DNA of 64,000 bases from the human T2T-CHM13v2.0 reference genome, Homo sapiens: the NCBI RefSeq assembly GCF_009914755.1, contig NC_060932.1; one strand, written 5' to 3'. The notes beneath the pieces were generated by a model. The model was not told the origin of the DNA, did no database searches, and saw nothing but the letters and a program-made list of their open reading frames with translations. Of this stretch, positions 13,899 through 27,024 are shown one piece after another. The number at the start of each line of letters is the position of its first letter. Position 1 is the first letter of the stretch. The position numbers were made by a program, and so were the translations under genes.

Positions 13899-15614
13899 TT
13901 AGGTGTCACCTGACACACATAGAGCATTTGTGCAGAGACTAAAAGATTGATCTGAGAAACCACTTCCTGGGATGAAATGAAAGCCAGGCAGAGAATCCCA
14001 TACCCAAATATAATCTAAAGGGGTTAAACTGAGAAAAAGAACACCGGTGAGACAAAGGGATTTAAACTGGAGGAACAAGGAAAGAAAAAGTGAGTATATA
14101 TTTGAAGGTGAGAGGTAGAGCCTAGAGGAATCCATTGAGGCAAAGGAAGCCAGCTCTAGCTAGTTGTTTTTCTAATGGTCCCTGGTGACTAAAAGGCAAG
14201 TCACAGCCATGATTTTACTATTACCATTACATTTTTTTCATAAAGCATCTTTAAAGACACTGCAGAAATCTGGGGGGAAACTTCAACAACATGTTGATCC
14301 AAAGAACGAACTATAAACATATTACCTGTCAACTGCAACACTAAAATATAGATCAGTTAAACTAGTCATAATGACATGTAAACCTCATATATCTGGACTT
14401 CAGTATTTTGATCAATATCTTGAATGCCCTAATAGTCTGGCTATAGATTGATATCTGGCAATAAATGATTAACTTGTAATGTATGAAAATACTGTTTAGC
14501 TTTCATAAAATGAGTAGTAGTAATTTGAATGTATGATTTCAATGGATTTTAAAATATTTCTAAAGAAAGAAAAATAATGACTCCAACTCTTTAGCAAAAA
14601 TATCATGAGACATATAACCAAAACAAAAATGTCTTGACTCTGAATAAAAATTTTTTTTTCAGTTTTCAGCTATTTCGTTCAAATTTGTGTCTCCATATTC
14701 ACTGTGCTTTCTGTTTTGGTACAAAAATATTTTCTTAAAATTGGATGTAATAATGATCAACATTTTGCATTGTATTTTAAATTTAATGTAGAGTTACTTG
14801 ACTTAATTCTGTGGCAACTTTTTGTGAAGTGGGGTATCTTTATTTATGTTCCTAATTTTAGCAAAGTTTTGTCATTACAAGCAACCTCAGTAAGTATTAT
14901 ATACAAAAGTATGTAAACAGTTTCAATAATATGCATTCTAAAACATATCATTTCTAATGATAAAATTTTATATTCTCCGATTTATAATTTCACAGTCACT
15001 ACTAAAAAAACTTTTGAATATTAGAAAAAACTACATTGCTCATTTTGGTGAATGAACTTAGCCAGAAACTCAATTTGCAAATAATGAAATCTAAAATAAG
15101 TGTAAATTTTATTAAATATCATGGGGAAAGAATTTGAGGTAACTGGGAAGTAAATGTCTACTAATCTTATTTTTGGGTCTAAACAATGGTAACCTAGAGG
15201 TTTGCATTCTCAAAGGCATTTATGTCCAATAGATTTACATAATCCCAAAGGTTCTCTAAATAAAAATTTGTGGGTTCTGGCTCTACTATAACATTAATCA
15301 AGATCAAATTAAGGATTTATGGCTTATAATAAAGTAGTTCCAGTGTCTATCACCTATTTTTCTAAATAGTTCATCAACTGGCTTTTACACTAGATTAAAT
15401 TCCTTCCCTGTAGAAGAAAACAGCTCAAGTCTTAACTCCTACAATTTATATGACAAATAAAAATCAATACAAGTGTTCTTGTTAATGGTCTTATAAGAAA
15501 AAGCCAGAATATCTGGAACAGGAGACAAAAGAACTCCAGGGTCAAGTCTACTCATCTTTGGATTCCAGCATCTTAGACTTCCCAAGAATAATGGCTCTCA
15601 TATTACCCTCTTAC

Positions 15615-15705
15615 CTTCTGAACTGCAATCTTTCTTGAATTATGAGCCTAACTGTGCATGGCAGAAGTGTTTCTTTAACAATCCTAACTTTATCACACTG
15701 AAACA
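15615..15705 (-). other. Candidate exon G of a minus-strand transcript (alternative acceptor gives 15615-15697)
   Basis: Acceptor ttattgcactgtctcgtag (or gtgtttcag); donor AAG|gtaaga; open frame (MFQ)CDKVRIVKETLLPCTVRLIIQERLQFR. Confidence 0.4.
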
Positions 15706-16721
15706 CTACGAGACAGTGCAATAAACCCATCTTCATAGCTTTAAATATTACTATAATCTAAGAAGTACAAATGTTAGGGAATTTCATAGATATTGGAAAT
15801 GAATCATCTGTTTAAACCCTATCACTTTTTATTTGAGGAAATTAAAGATCTTCAAAACATAAACACTGAGCCCAAAGTCATAGGCCTAAAGAGAAAATTT
15901 AAACTAGAACATAGACACGTGATTTGTAGCTAATATTATCATCCAGTTGGACGTATGAGCATAGGAATTTAGAGCAGAAAGACAGTCTAATTCTATCCCT
16001 TTATTTTATAGACAAGCAAACTGGGCTATAATGATTTCAAATTTGCTTAACGGAGTGAAATTATCCATAGGGTTTGTGAAATCAAATGCTGAAAGCCCAA
16101 AAAATGCTTCCTTCTGTTTTGATATATAAGCAGAAAGCACTGCCTTAATCTATATTCTTTCAGAATCTTTTTTTCTGGCAGTAGTTATGACTTTTCTGTA
16201 CTTTGAGGCCCAAATAGCTTTGTTTCAAAACAAAGTGCATTTTCAAAAGCAATTTTCTAATATCAAAATAATAATACAATCAGCCAAAACACTCACTAAA
16301 TCAGGCACTCTACCAGGTTCTCTTCTAGGTATAGGACAAGACAAACAACTAAAGCAGTTTCATTCTAGAAAGACAGACAGACAAGCTGAGACCTAGCTAC
16401 CAAGCAGGCAAGCAGATAAATAAATATAAGATTATTTTAAGTATTAATAAATGTGATGGCCAAAATTCAAAACTCAACATTGAGTGAGACTATGTCCTAA
16501 TCAGAATGATTCAATAACTAAAAAAAATAGTTTATTCCTAGCAAGTGTCTTGTAAAGAGGGAGTTCCAGGAAGAGAAATTTCTGTGCCAATTCATACAGA
16601 CTACTAAAAATCGCTAGAGGAGCTATATTGCTTTGGTTTATTTGTTAAAGTACCAAAGTGTTTTCAACAGCGTGGGAACCAATGAAGTAAGAGTGAATAA
16701 AACACTTTAATTTGAAGCAAA

Positions 16722-16725
<4 letters not shown>

Positions 16726-16753
<28 letters not shown>

Positions 16754-16760
16754 CCTCTCC

Positions 16761-16807
<47 letters not shown>

Positions 16808-16812
16808 ACACA
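16726..16812. repeat. Compound (CT)n(CA)n microsatellite
   Basis: Directly visible. Confidence 0.95.
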
Positions 16813-16839
16813 ACTCACAAACAAGCACAGAAAACCAAA

Positions 16840-17183
16840 TATTTTAGATCACTGTGGCTGCTATAATAAAATACCATAAACTGGGTGGCTTGTAAACCAC
16901 AGAAAATTATTTCATAGTGCTCTGAGGCTGGGAAGTCCAAGATCAAAGAGCCACAAATTCAGTTTCTGGCGAGATTCACTTTCTGATTCAGTGAGGGCTC
17001 CTTCTTTCTGTGTCCTCACATGGCTAAGGTTTGGGGGGTGGAGTTAGCACTCTGGGGTCTTTCTTAGAAAGGCTCAATTCGTAATCCCCTCCCAAAGATC
17101 CACCTCATAATACCATCACCTTGAGCGTTAGGATTTTGACACATAAATTTGGAGGGTGGCACAAGCACAAATGGATCATAGTA
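16840..17183 (-). mobile_element. MaLR solo LTR (MLT1A-like)
   Basis: GCTGCTATAATAAAATACCATAAACTGGGTGGCTT..GAGGCTGGGAAGTCCAAGATCAA..CTGTGTCCTCACATGG..AATACCATCAC. Confidence 0.85.
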
Positions 17184-17557
17184 GCAAATGTGAAGAAAGT
17201 GAGGAGGGTGAGGAACCTCATCCCACAAGACATGCTACAAGAAACTCTGAGTTTCATTAAATCAGTGACTAATAAGAATATCTAACGATCTAATAATTGG
17301 TCTTATTCCTTCACCAGATTCTAGGGAAGACATCTAGGATATCGCACAATTTTCCTGTTTCCTAATTTCTAAGGCATATTTTCATTTTTTTTTACTTAAA
17401 TCTACAAATTATTCAAATCTAAACATTTTTATTAAAAGTAACATAGGTCTACTTTAGAAATTTTTAAAAAATACGAAGATGTATAGGAAATGAAATATTT
17501 AAAAAGCATGACTATCTCGTCTCATTACTAGAGCTGTCTCCTAATTGATTTTCTTAC

Positions 17558-17615
17558 TTTTCACTGTGGCCTTCTCCTCCAGCTTAGGATCCACTGCACA
17601 GTGATGCTGACCACT
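17558..17615 (-). other. Candidate exon F (58 nt)
   Basis: Acceptor tatctgcattttag; donor AAA|gtaaga; phase-0 frame SGQHHCAVDPKLEEKATVK is open. Confidence 0.4.
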
Positions 17616-18469
17616 CTAAAATGCAGATATGATGACGGTACTCCTTGACTTAAAATATTGACATGACCCAACTCCTTATTCTCACTGTGTTCAAGGAATC
17701 CAGATTTGCAGTAGTTTAGAAGGCCGTGCATGTTCCTACCCCTGCTCAACTCTCCCACTTGATTTGTTTTGACTCATTCTGGGCCCTCTGAGGCTTTATG
17801 CCACCCATTTCTCCAAGGAAACATTTTCTTTAATTGCAAGACTCATGAGCATTCTGTGTCCTATACCTAAAGTACATAGAGGCAGGCACCACCCTTTTCA
17901 CCAAACAAATCAGACACCCTTACATGACCAAATGAGACATAGCTTCAGCCAATATGAGTTTGATGTTTCTCTTATATTCCTTTGAAAGACTCTGTTGGTT
18001 TTCTCCACTTCATTGCTTTATATTATGATTATTTGTAAGTACCTTCTACATGCCAGTCATTGCTCTAGAGGGAAAAGAAGGAAGCAAAACACACAAAACA
18101 GCCACTCAGCAGCATTCTACATTCTAATAAGGAGAAGCAGACAATAAATAATACAATTTATAGATATCACACGAACAGATGTTAAAAAGTCCAATAAAGA
18201 CTGGTTAGGGGAAAAAGATTTCTAGGGAATTCTCGTTTATATCAAGTGATCAAAGAGAAACCCAATGAGATAGGACATCAGAACAGAGATTGGAAAAAGT
18301 AAAGGAGCAAACCATGTGAATTTCTAGAAGGAATATTTTCCACGCTGAGGGAAAACAAAGTGAAAAGACTGAGAGGTTTCCACAATCCCTGTGTTTTCAA
18401 AGGTCAACAAGAATGCCAGTGTTGGAGTTGAGAGAAAAAGGAGAACATTTGAAAATGAGGCTTTCCATC

Positions 18470-18692
18470 TGGGATTCTCAAATGCTATTTTAAATCCAAT
18501 ATTTCTTTGATGTAACGGGGTAACCTGGACATTCTAGGATATTTAGCAACATCCGTGGACTCCATTCACTGGATGGTAGCAACATCCACAGCCCCCCAAC
18601 TCCCTACCCCCATTGCCACCCAGTAATGATCATCAAAAATTATCACATTTTCCCTGGGGGAGCAAAATCAGCCAGCAATTGAAAACTGCTGT
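18470..18692. mobile_element. MER20-like hAT DNA transposon relic
   Basis: GGATATTTAGCAACATCCGTGGACTCCATTCACTGGATG..CCCTGGGGGAGCAAAATC..TTGAAAACTGCTG. Confidence 0.7.
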
Positions 18693-19132
18693 TCTAGAGG
18701 TAGCAAAAACAAGATTGTGCGAAGTGTTATGCGCCATATTCAAATATTTGCCTTTACCTTGAGTAAAACGTATGCCAATGTAAGACACTCAGCACAGAAT
18801 TAACATGAACTTCAGTTATGAAAATCATTCCTGCTTTTGTGTTGAGAATAGGCTACAGGATAACAAGACAGAAATAGCACAGTAATCCAAGCAGGAGATA
18901 AAAGTTGTTCAGATCTGTACGACAGAAGTGGAAGTGATGAGAAGTGGTCACATTCTGGAAGGTCACCAGATTTCCCAGCATATTGTAATGGGTGTGAGAA
19001 AAAGATAGCAATCAAGGATAATTCCAATGTTTTGGGAACATTAGACTTGCTATGAACTGAGATACAGAAGGCTAAAATTGGAATGGGCTCTGAGAGAAAG
19101 AAAAAAGGAAAAAACAGTCATTAAGACTAAAA

Positions 19133-19800
19133 AGGTGTTGACACGGATGTGTTTAAAAGGGAACACTTCCACACTGCTGGTGGGAATGTAAACTAGGACA
19201 GTTACTATGGAAAACAGGGCAGAAATTCCTTAAAGAACTAAAAGTAGAAATACCGTTTGATCCAGCAATCCCACCACTGGTTATCCACCCAGAGGAAAGT
19301 AAGTCATTATACGAAAAAGATAATTGCAAACACAAGTTTAGAGCAGCACAACTTGAAATTGCAAAAATATGGAACCAGCCCAAATGTCCATCAATCAACA
19401 AGTGGATAAAGAAACTATGGTGTATATATAATACTACTCAGCCATAAAAACGAATGAATTAATAGCATTTGCAGCAACCTGGATGGAATTGGAGACCACT
19501 ATTCTAAGTGAAGTAACACAGGAATGGAAAACCAAACATCGTATGTTCTTACTCATAAGTGGAAGCTAAGTTATGAGGATACAAAGGCATAAGAATGATA
19601 CAATGTACTTTGGGGATTTAGGGGGAAGTGTGGGAAGGGAGTGAGGGATAAAAGGCTATAAATTGGGTTCAGTGGATACTGCTCAGGTGAGGGTTGCACC
19701 AAAATCTCACAAATCACCCCTAAAGAACATACTCACGCAACCATATACCACTTGTTATTCAAAAACCTATGGAAATAAAAAATTTAAAAATTAAAATTAA
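19133..19800 (+). mobile_element. L1PB1-like 3' end
   Basis: ORF2 end and 3'UTR (GCACCAAAATCTCACAAATCACC..AAAAACCTATGGAAATAAAAA); TSD TAAAAAGGTGT. Confidence 0.88.
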
Positions 19801-20120
19801 AAAGGTGTGCTACAGAGAAGGAGGAAAACCAAATGAGTGTTGTATCCAGGGAGGCAAACGATGAAAGAGTATTAGGGAGTAGAGAATAAATAACTCCACC
19901 AAATCCTTCTGACAAATAAGAGGAAAACTGGGAATGGCATTGGACTTAACAATATGAAGGTTACTTTTGTCAATGCTAAGAGGATTTTTGATGGAGCGAT
20001 GGGTGCAAAAGCCAAAATGGAGTGCATTAAAACCGACTTTCCCCTAGTGTTCTATTATTGGAATGCTAAGGATGTGGGAGTTATTCATATCCTACTGCTC
20101 AAGATCATCGCTGAGGTCTG

Positions 20121-20451
20121 GGAAGGGGAGGGGAGTGGAGGGGAGGGAAGGAGAGGAGAGTGGAGGGGAGGGGAGGGGAGGGGAGGGGAGGGGAGAGGAG
20201 AGGAGAGGAGAGGGGAGGGGAGGGGAGACGACAGGAGAGGAGAAGAGAGGAGAGGGGAGGGGAGGGGAGACGAGAGGAGAGGAGAGGATAGGAGGGGAGG
20301 GGAGGGGAGACGAGAGGAGAGGAGAAGAGAGGAGAGGGGAGGGGAGGGGAGACGAGAGGAGAGGAGAGGAGAGGAGAGGAGGGGAGGGGAGGGGAGGGGA
20401 GGGGAGGGGAGAGGAGAGGAGAGGAGAGGAGAGGAGAGGAGAGGAGAGGAG
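20121..20451. repeat. (GGAGA/GGGGA)n polypurine microsatellite, ~330 bp
   Basis: Directly visible; explains the G/E/R- and S/P/L-rich ORFs in the track. Confidence 0.97.
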
Positions 20452-21130
20452 CTATATTTGACAAATTACCTAACTACACCCTAAGCAAATGTTTTGAATC
20501 CTTGAAGGCAGAGATGTTCATTGGCATTTTTTCCTTTGTAACTATACAATAATGCTTGGAAGAGAGTAGGTGCTCCGTAAATAAGTATAGCCTTTGAAGA
20601 TATCCCATAATTCCTATTTTATAAAAATATATGCCGTAGAAATAGTCACAGAAATGTTTATAGTTGTACGTTGAATTCTCAGTGTTTTACAATTTTAGTA
20701 TTTTGGCAACAAGGCCAGCCACAAATTATATCAAGATCATTTAATTGGTGTCATATCATCTTAAATAAGAGCACAAAACATAGAGAAATTATTTTCTAAT
20801 CAGTTGTAACTTGGTAAACTATTTCGAAATTATTATTCAGAAAGATGAGAAAAAGACCAGGAAACCCAAGGAAACACAAGTGAGAATACGTAGAGACTAA
20901 CGGGAAAGAATAAACATGTAAAAGATGAAAAAAATGAACTAAAGGATGGAAAACAAATGAGTTATTTAGAAGAAAGTTATGGCAAAATCAGAATAACTGA
21001 AGCCGTGAATAAATTTAAGACAAGTAGAGTGACAGCAGGAATACTTCCAATATATCTAATAATCAGGAACACATTGAAAATGAAGGAACAGTTGCCTTGG
21101 ACAAAAAAAAAAAAAAAAAAAAAAGCTTAC

Positions 21131-21261
21131 CTTTGAAGATTTCGCCATCTTAGAATCATATGTCTGGATTACTGAAGTGGAGGAACTAGCATGCTAGAAG
21201 TATACTGCAGGATAATTCATATCCCCTTATATTTAGTCATGATATATACTTGAATCTGAAC
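21131..21261 (-). other. Candidate exon A (131 nt) with strong-Kozak ATG at 21148 (MAKSSK|)
   Basis: Acceptor cttatactcag; donor AAG|gtaagc followed directly by a ~21-nt U-run in the pre-mRNA; AAGATGG context. Confidence 0.5.
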
Positions 21262-22144
21262 CTGAGTATAAGATTTTTTTAAACAACTTAAGACTAAAAT
21301 AATAAAGTAATGCTGTTATCCATATAAAAAATGAAATGTTATAGCAATTGCATTTAGTTTGTTGGTTTCTCAGGGAACTATAGACAAGTACAGAAAAACG
21401 CTTTGATTCTTAATTTGTAATATGTGCTGATTATTATTTTATTCAATTTTACTAATATGCTGTAATTAAACCAAAAGCAAACCTAAGTATACTATTTATG
21501 ATTCCACCTTTTTGGAAGAGGGCTTAGTCATGTGGACTTAGGATAAGTCATGGCAAAGAAATGGAATTGTGCCACACAGTTGTATCATCAAATGCAATTT
21601 TCAAAGTACACAGCAAATCACATACCTGAATTTTGTTCTCAAATACTGGGCAGAACAGCACTATCAAACACAAGAGTCACAGAAACAACTCCACACAGTC
21701 CACAGATGTAAATAGGAATAAGAGTCATATTAAAATCTCATGCCCTATTCAGGCCTTTGGCTATGAAGTTAACCCCCAAATCACCTACTATTTGTATCTC
21801 AGTATGGCCATACTATTCTTACTTTCTATTCTATATGCACTAACACTTATAAAAATAATTTTTAATTAAAAATAGCTGTCCTTGTGAAAGGCATCTATTT
21901 CTGTTTTAAAAAATCAACTCCTAGTGCTGATGACTGAAGTAAGAAAATAGTTAAATCTGAGAAAGTGATGATGTTTAGGTGGAAAACATCCTAGGGTTAA
22001 AACAATACAATGAAATATTATATTCTACAGTGGTTTCAATTAATAATCTAAATGAACTCATTTTTTCTGACCTATACAGAGACAAACAAGAAAGTTTATA
22101 AAACATCAGTACTTTTGGGGAAAACTTTATGCTACATGAATTCT

Positions 22145-22308
22145 TGTTTGTTTGTTTGTTTTGAGATGGAGTCTCGCTCTGTTGCCCAAGCTGGAGTCCA
22201 GTAGCGTGATCTCAGCTCACTGCAACCTCTACCTCCCAGGTTCCAGCAGTTCTCCTGCCTCAGCCTCCTGAGTAGCTGGGATTACAGGTGCACACCACCA
22301 CCCCCAGC

Positions 22309-22350
<42 letters not shown>

Positions 22351-22427
22351 TATTTTTAGTAGAGACAGGATTTCACCATGTTGGCCAGACTGGTCTCAAA
22401 CTTCTAACCTCAAGTGATCTGCCCACC
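22145..22427 (-). mobile_element. AluS, 5'-truncated, with expanded middle A-run
   Basis: Alu sequence; TSD ACATGAATTCTT; ~38-T run at the linker. Confidence 0.94.
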
Positions 22428-24900
22428 ACATGAATTCTTAAAGGTGTGTCTTAAGAAACTGTCAGAGTTCTACTGTACCAACAATTTCCAAGGAGTATTA
22501 ATCATTGAGGTTAAAGAATGTGCCTACATATTCAATTGAGCTTATTTAGAAACGCCTGTTTTCAGAACAATGATCTCCACATGCTATAAGGACTGTGTGG
22601 AATTGTTTCTGAGAATCCCGTGTTTGATTAGTGCTCTTCTGCCCAATATGTGAGAACACAATTCAGGTATGTGATTTGCTGACTACTTGGAAAATTACAT
22701 TTTGATAGTGCAACTCTGCAGGCAATCCCATTTCTTTTCTAGAGTGCTTCCATAATAAATATGTTCTGGTGTTTCACTAACTCTCATAGGTGTCATTTCT
22801 ATCACTACATTTGTGTTTCTAAGATTGAGCTATTGAAGTAGTGTTTACACTACTTCTTCCACATGGTTTCCTATCTAATATGAATGATAACTGAAGTAGC
22901 TATGTCTACAATAGATCATTGACATTTTTTCTCCCAAAGGATTATCTGTTTGAGTTTTTCAAAATGATGTTTTCTGAATCCACACCTGATACTGCCTGGG
23001 TAACAACTTAATTCACAGTACACCAAGAGAATGTCTCCCTTTTTGTATCTCCAACTGTATTTGCTTCACTTTAAAGTAGTATCGTGTTTTGTATTATTAT
23101 TATTTTAATTTAATGAAAGAATAAGAAATCATTAAAGTTTGAATAAATTAAAATATTCAGGTGCCATACACTTATATTGCTCCTGGATAAGAAAAATAAT
23201 GTTTAAAGTTTTTTATGCCAATGCAAAGAAGGAGAAGGAAAGTTACATGTTAGGAGAATCTGTTCTGTCTGTGGTTGTTAACCCTCTCAATAAAGCTACA
23301 AGGTAGCATTAGTTTCTTCATTTCACCAAAAGTCACAAGGCTAAGTACCTAGTATATGGAAAATTTCAAACTCAAAGTGGAATTTGAAATAATGTTCCTA
23401 TGGTTCCAAAGGCTGTCACTTTTTTAGTATGCTGTATTCTTTTCTATACAACTATTTCACTTTCATTATAAGAAAATTCAGCCTGAAGTACATACGTTAA
23501 CTTATCCATTTAAACACATTATCACATAATTTTTTGTATCTGAAAAAAAAATGTAGCCCATATAATACTGAGAATGAAGATTTAAAGAATGCCTTTCTGA
23601 ATCCAATAACCAGAATATTGAATATTCACTAAAAATCCCAGTAAGCCTGTTTTATAGGTGAAAACTCTTGTAGCATGTTGGCATGGTTTACTTTCAGAAC
23701 TATTCTTCACAAGGAATGCTTGAATGACACAAATAATACTAATATTAGTACACAGGTATTAATACTATTAATAATGTTAATATATCATTTTATATAAGCT
23801 TTACATTAATAATATTAGTACTGATGCACTAATGTTAATAATATAACAAGTAGTTAAGTACAAACAATCTCAAATGATCTTGAACTCTTGCTACAGAGGT
23901 AATATGATAAATTCTGGCCTTTACCGTGTTGTCATGGGGAACTTACTGGCTTTCAATATGAAGCAACTCTGAGTTTTTAATTATCTCATTTACAAAGGAA
24001 GATTTACAATGAAGTTATGATCATATATTTGTGGACACTTTCTAAAACTAAGAAATATTAAATTCAATGAAGATTACTGTCACTTTCTATGCCAATCTCT
24101 ATCTCTACCACCACCCTACAAAAATACATATAATTATACTATAATATTGAGGCTACAGGCATGTTTGATAATTGGGTTAAGGTACAACTGTATTGGTGAT
24201 ATATTTTGTTTGGTTGAGTGAATCAGGCTAGGGGCAGAATATAGGTTTCTGATACATAGGACAAACATCTTTTTTCTATTCTATCTCACTTTTCAAACAT
24301 GTTTGGTAAATTTTATCAAAATTATACTGGTAGGTCAAGTAGGAAATAGCAGTCAGACAATATATACTTATCTTTTTAAATAGTTTCCCCATGTTAGAGC
24401 TTCCCATTCTCTATATTTTATGGAAAGTTTTTGTTATTCCCAACGGTGATGAGGTGAGCAGTGTTTGTATTTTGAAATATGAGGTTAGACTAGGCAAAAA
24501 GATTAGGTCAGTGGTAGTTTTACTGAAGGCAGAAAAAAATCTAAAAAATTATAAATATGTATTCAGCTGAGACCTCATCAGAATGATATATTGTTAGTTG
24601 TAAAGATATGATACTTTATAAAAAAGACATTGATCATCTTGTGAAACAAATGAACTTAAATTGCCATCTAGTTTATTGCTGGAGAGATAATTTCTTTGAC
24701 ATTAGTTTAACTTTCATGCTCCATTTATACTTATAAAAGCTTTTAAGAGACCAAAACAGATTCTCATTGTCTACCTAAACGCAGTGATATTGGCAACAAT
24801 TGTGCTCTTCTAAAATGAACAGTCAAAAAGATATGCAATTAATATGGATTTTAACAAAGATATTGGCAAATGTATTTTTTAAAAACAAAAATCTCATTAC

Positions 24901-24984
24901 CTTAACGATTGTATTGAGCAATTCACTTTCCAAGATGTCATATATTTGAGATTACCTATTCTTAGCACAGTTCTTCCAGTCTAC
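24901..24984 (-). other. Weak candidate exon X (84 nt)
   Basis: Pyrimidine tract ttttattttatttctgag (non-ideal GAG acceptor; TAG 4 nt later); donor AAG|gtaatg; VDWKNCAKNR*SQIYDILESELLNTIVK. Confidence 0.25.
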
Positions 24985-26023
24985 CTCAGAAATAAAATAA
25001 AAACTTTTTATCTTATTTTCTAAAATCTGTATTATTCTTGTGACCGTTATCTGCTCAAGATTACATCATTTTTTCTGCATAAAAGCCAGTTTCCAGTAAG
25101 TATACGGAACTTAGTATTAAAGCTAGTCATTTCACATTACATTTGAATTATGCTTAATTTCTAAAGTATTTCAACATATTATCTCTCTTGATATTATAAA
25201 TATATCAAGGGTTAGCTCAGATTGTTATCACTCTACAATGGCAGAATCACGACTCCAAGTTTTTATTGTCTGGTCATGTTTACTATTTTCACAATTGCAA
25301 ATAATGCCTAAAATACTAGTAGATTTGCACATACATTACAGAAACAACTATGATAAAGAATGGGACGAATTGGAATAATTCTAATGCTGTAAGTTTTAAA
25401 TAATAAAATTTGTTATTTTATTATAAAAACAAAGGAGTCTTTCTTACATATAGAGTATTGTTATGAACACAGACTGATACACAATTAAAATATGCAATTT
25501 TATAACTAAATAGGTACATCATCAAGGCAACTATAGTGTTCCCTTTGAGTGAAGAGAAAAAGAAGGAAAAACGCATTTAAAACATTGCCTGTAGGTGTCT
25601 TTGTTACTTAAAAGTTTCAAGAGCCTTCCTAATAGCATGCTTCCAAGATACTCAAAGAATTTCTTAATTAAAATTGTATTGATGTATTCTATCTGCAGAG
25701 ATAATTAAATACAACACTAGTTTTCTCTTGCAAAAACACATTTGTCTTGCCAAGAAAGTAATTGAGAAATAGAGTTGAGTGACTCAACCTTGATACGGAA
25801 ACTTTTGCCAGAAAAGTTATTTCTGTTAAGAAAAGTCTGAGGATTAGCCACTGCTATATAGTTTGATCTAATTTCTTTTTGTCTTAATTGAATGTGAAAA
25901 ATAATGGCATAATAAAACAAATGCATATTTCTCCCCATTAGTTCACGACACACAAAAGAAGTTAAGCCAAGTCAGATTTTGAAGTCAACTGAGAGCCGAT
26001 GCCTTATTCACCGGTAGCATTCA

Positions 26024-26091
26024 TCTGTTTCATCATGATGCTCTCTTTCTCTGTTTTTCTGTTTCATCATGATGCTCTCTTTCTCTGTTTT
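26024..26091. repeat. Perfect 34-bp tandem duplication
   Basis: TCTGTTTCATCATGATGCTCTCTTTCTCTGTTTT x2. Confidence 0.97.
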
Positions 26092-26799
26092 GAACGGTCA
26101 CTGAACTATTAAGTTGGACTTTTTCATTTTAAAATACAAGTTACTCTCTCATGCCTGCATCCCAATGATAATTATTGCTCTGAAGGAGCAGTTCCAATTA
26201 AAAGATGTGCTGTTCATTCATTATCGCTGAGTTACTGTGATAACATCCCAGTTACTGGAGCTTACAGTTGCAAGGTTACAATAGAAAACAGTGGAAAGGA
26301 AATTCTAGGGAACCCATCAGCCCAGATTTACGCAAAAAATGTATTTATTGCTACGCAATATATAATATCCTTTAAATCCTTAAACCCAAACAAAGATTTA
26401 GAAAAAAAATATGATTTTGTTAGAGAGCACAGCACATTGACTCAAATTTTCAAAAGCCTTGCTATCTCAGCACCAAATAACTTCAGATGAAGTTAAAGAA
26501 GGCTATCTAAGAGCAAATATGATCCAAAGGCTTCATTCTGATGCCTTAGTGAGAAAAAAAGCAGGAACTCAACCTCTACCCAGGCCCTAAGCACTTCAGA
26601 ATACTGACAGTGGTTGAGGTATTTGAGGATAGAGGTCCAAGAAAGAACCATCCAGTCGTGAGGAAGATGACCTCCATCCAGTAAGTGAGCAAATTCCCAC
26701 CTCCAAGAGTTTACAGGTTCAGCATTTGTGACATGTCCCAGTGGAAACGTGAAAAATATAAAGTTGTGAAACATTCTTACAGTGCAGTGACTTTCAGAA

Positions 26800-26993
26800 T
26801 GACAATTAGGACCTCAAAAATCTGCTTATCTGTAATGCAATGATAGAGCACTTGCAAAAACTGTCTAAATTACCTTTTTTTGAAATTCCAGAAGTTAACC
26901 CAAAACTTCCATCACTCTGCAGGGAATTTCTTCAAGGAAAATAGCTGAACCTCAGTAAAAAACAGAAAGGCTTGTACCATTTTATTTTATTTT

Positions 26994-27024
<31 letters not shown>

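Larger units (their letters stand above)
18030..20030 (-). mobile_element. L2 fragments interrupted by MER20 and L1PB
   Basis: Typical L2 reverse-strand purine-rich sequence (AGCAGACAATAAATAA, GTAATCCAAGCAGGAGAT, GTGATGAGAAGTGGTCACATTCTGG, AATCAAGGATAATTCC). Confidence 0.7.

Noticed and set aside
19954-20484. Longest ORFs in the track (176, 132 and 119 aa; G/E/R- or S/P/L-rich)
   Set aside because: Translations of the polypurine microsatellite, which lacks stop codons
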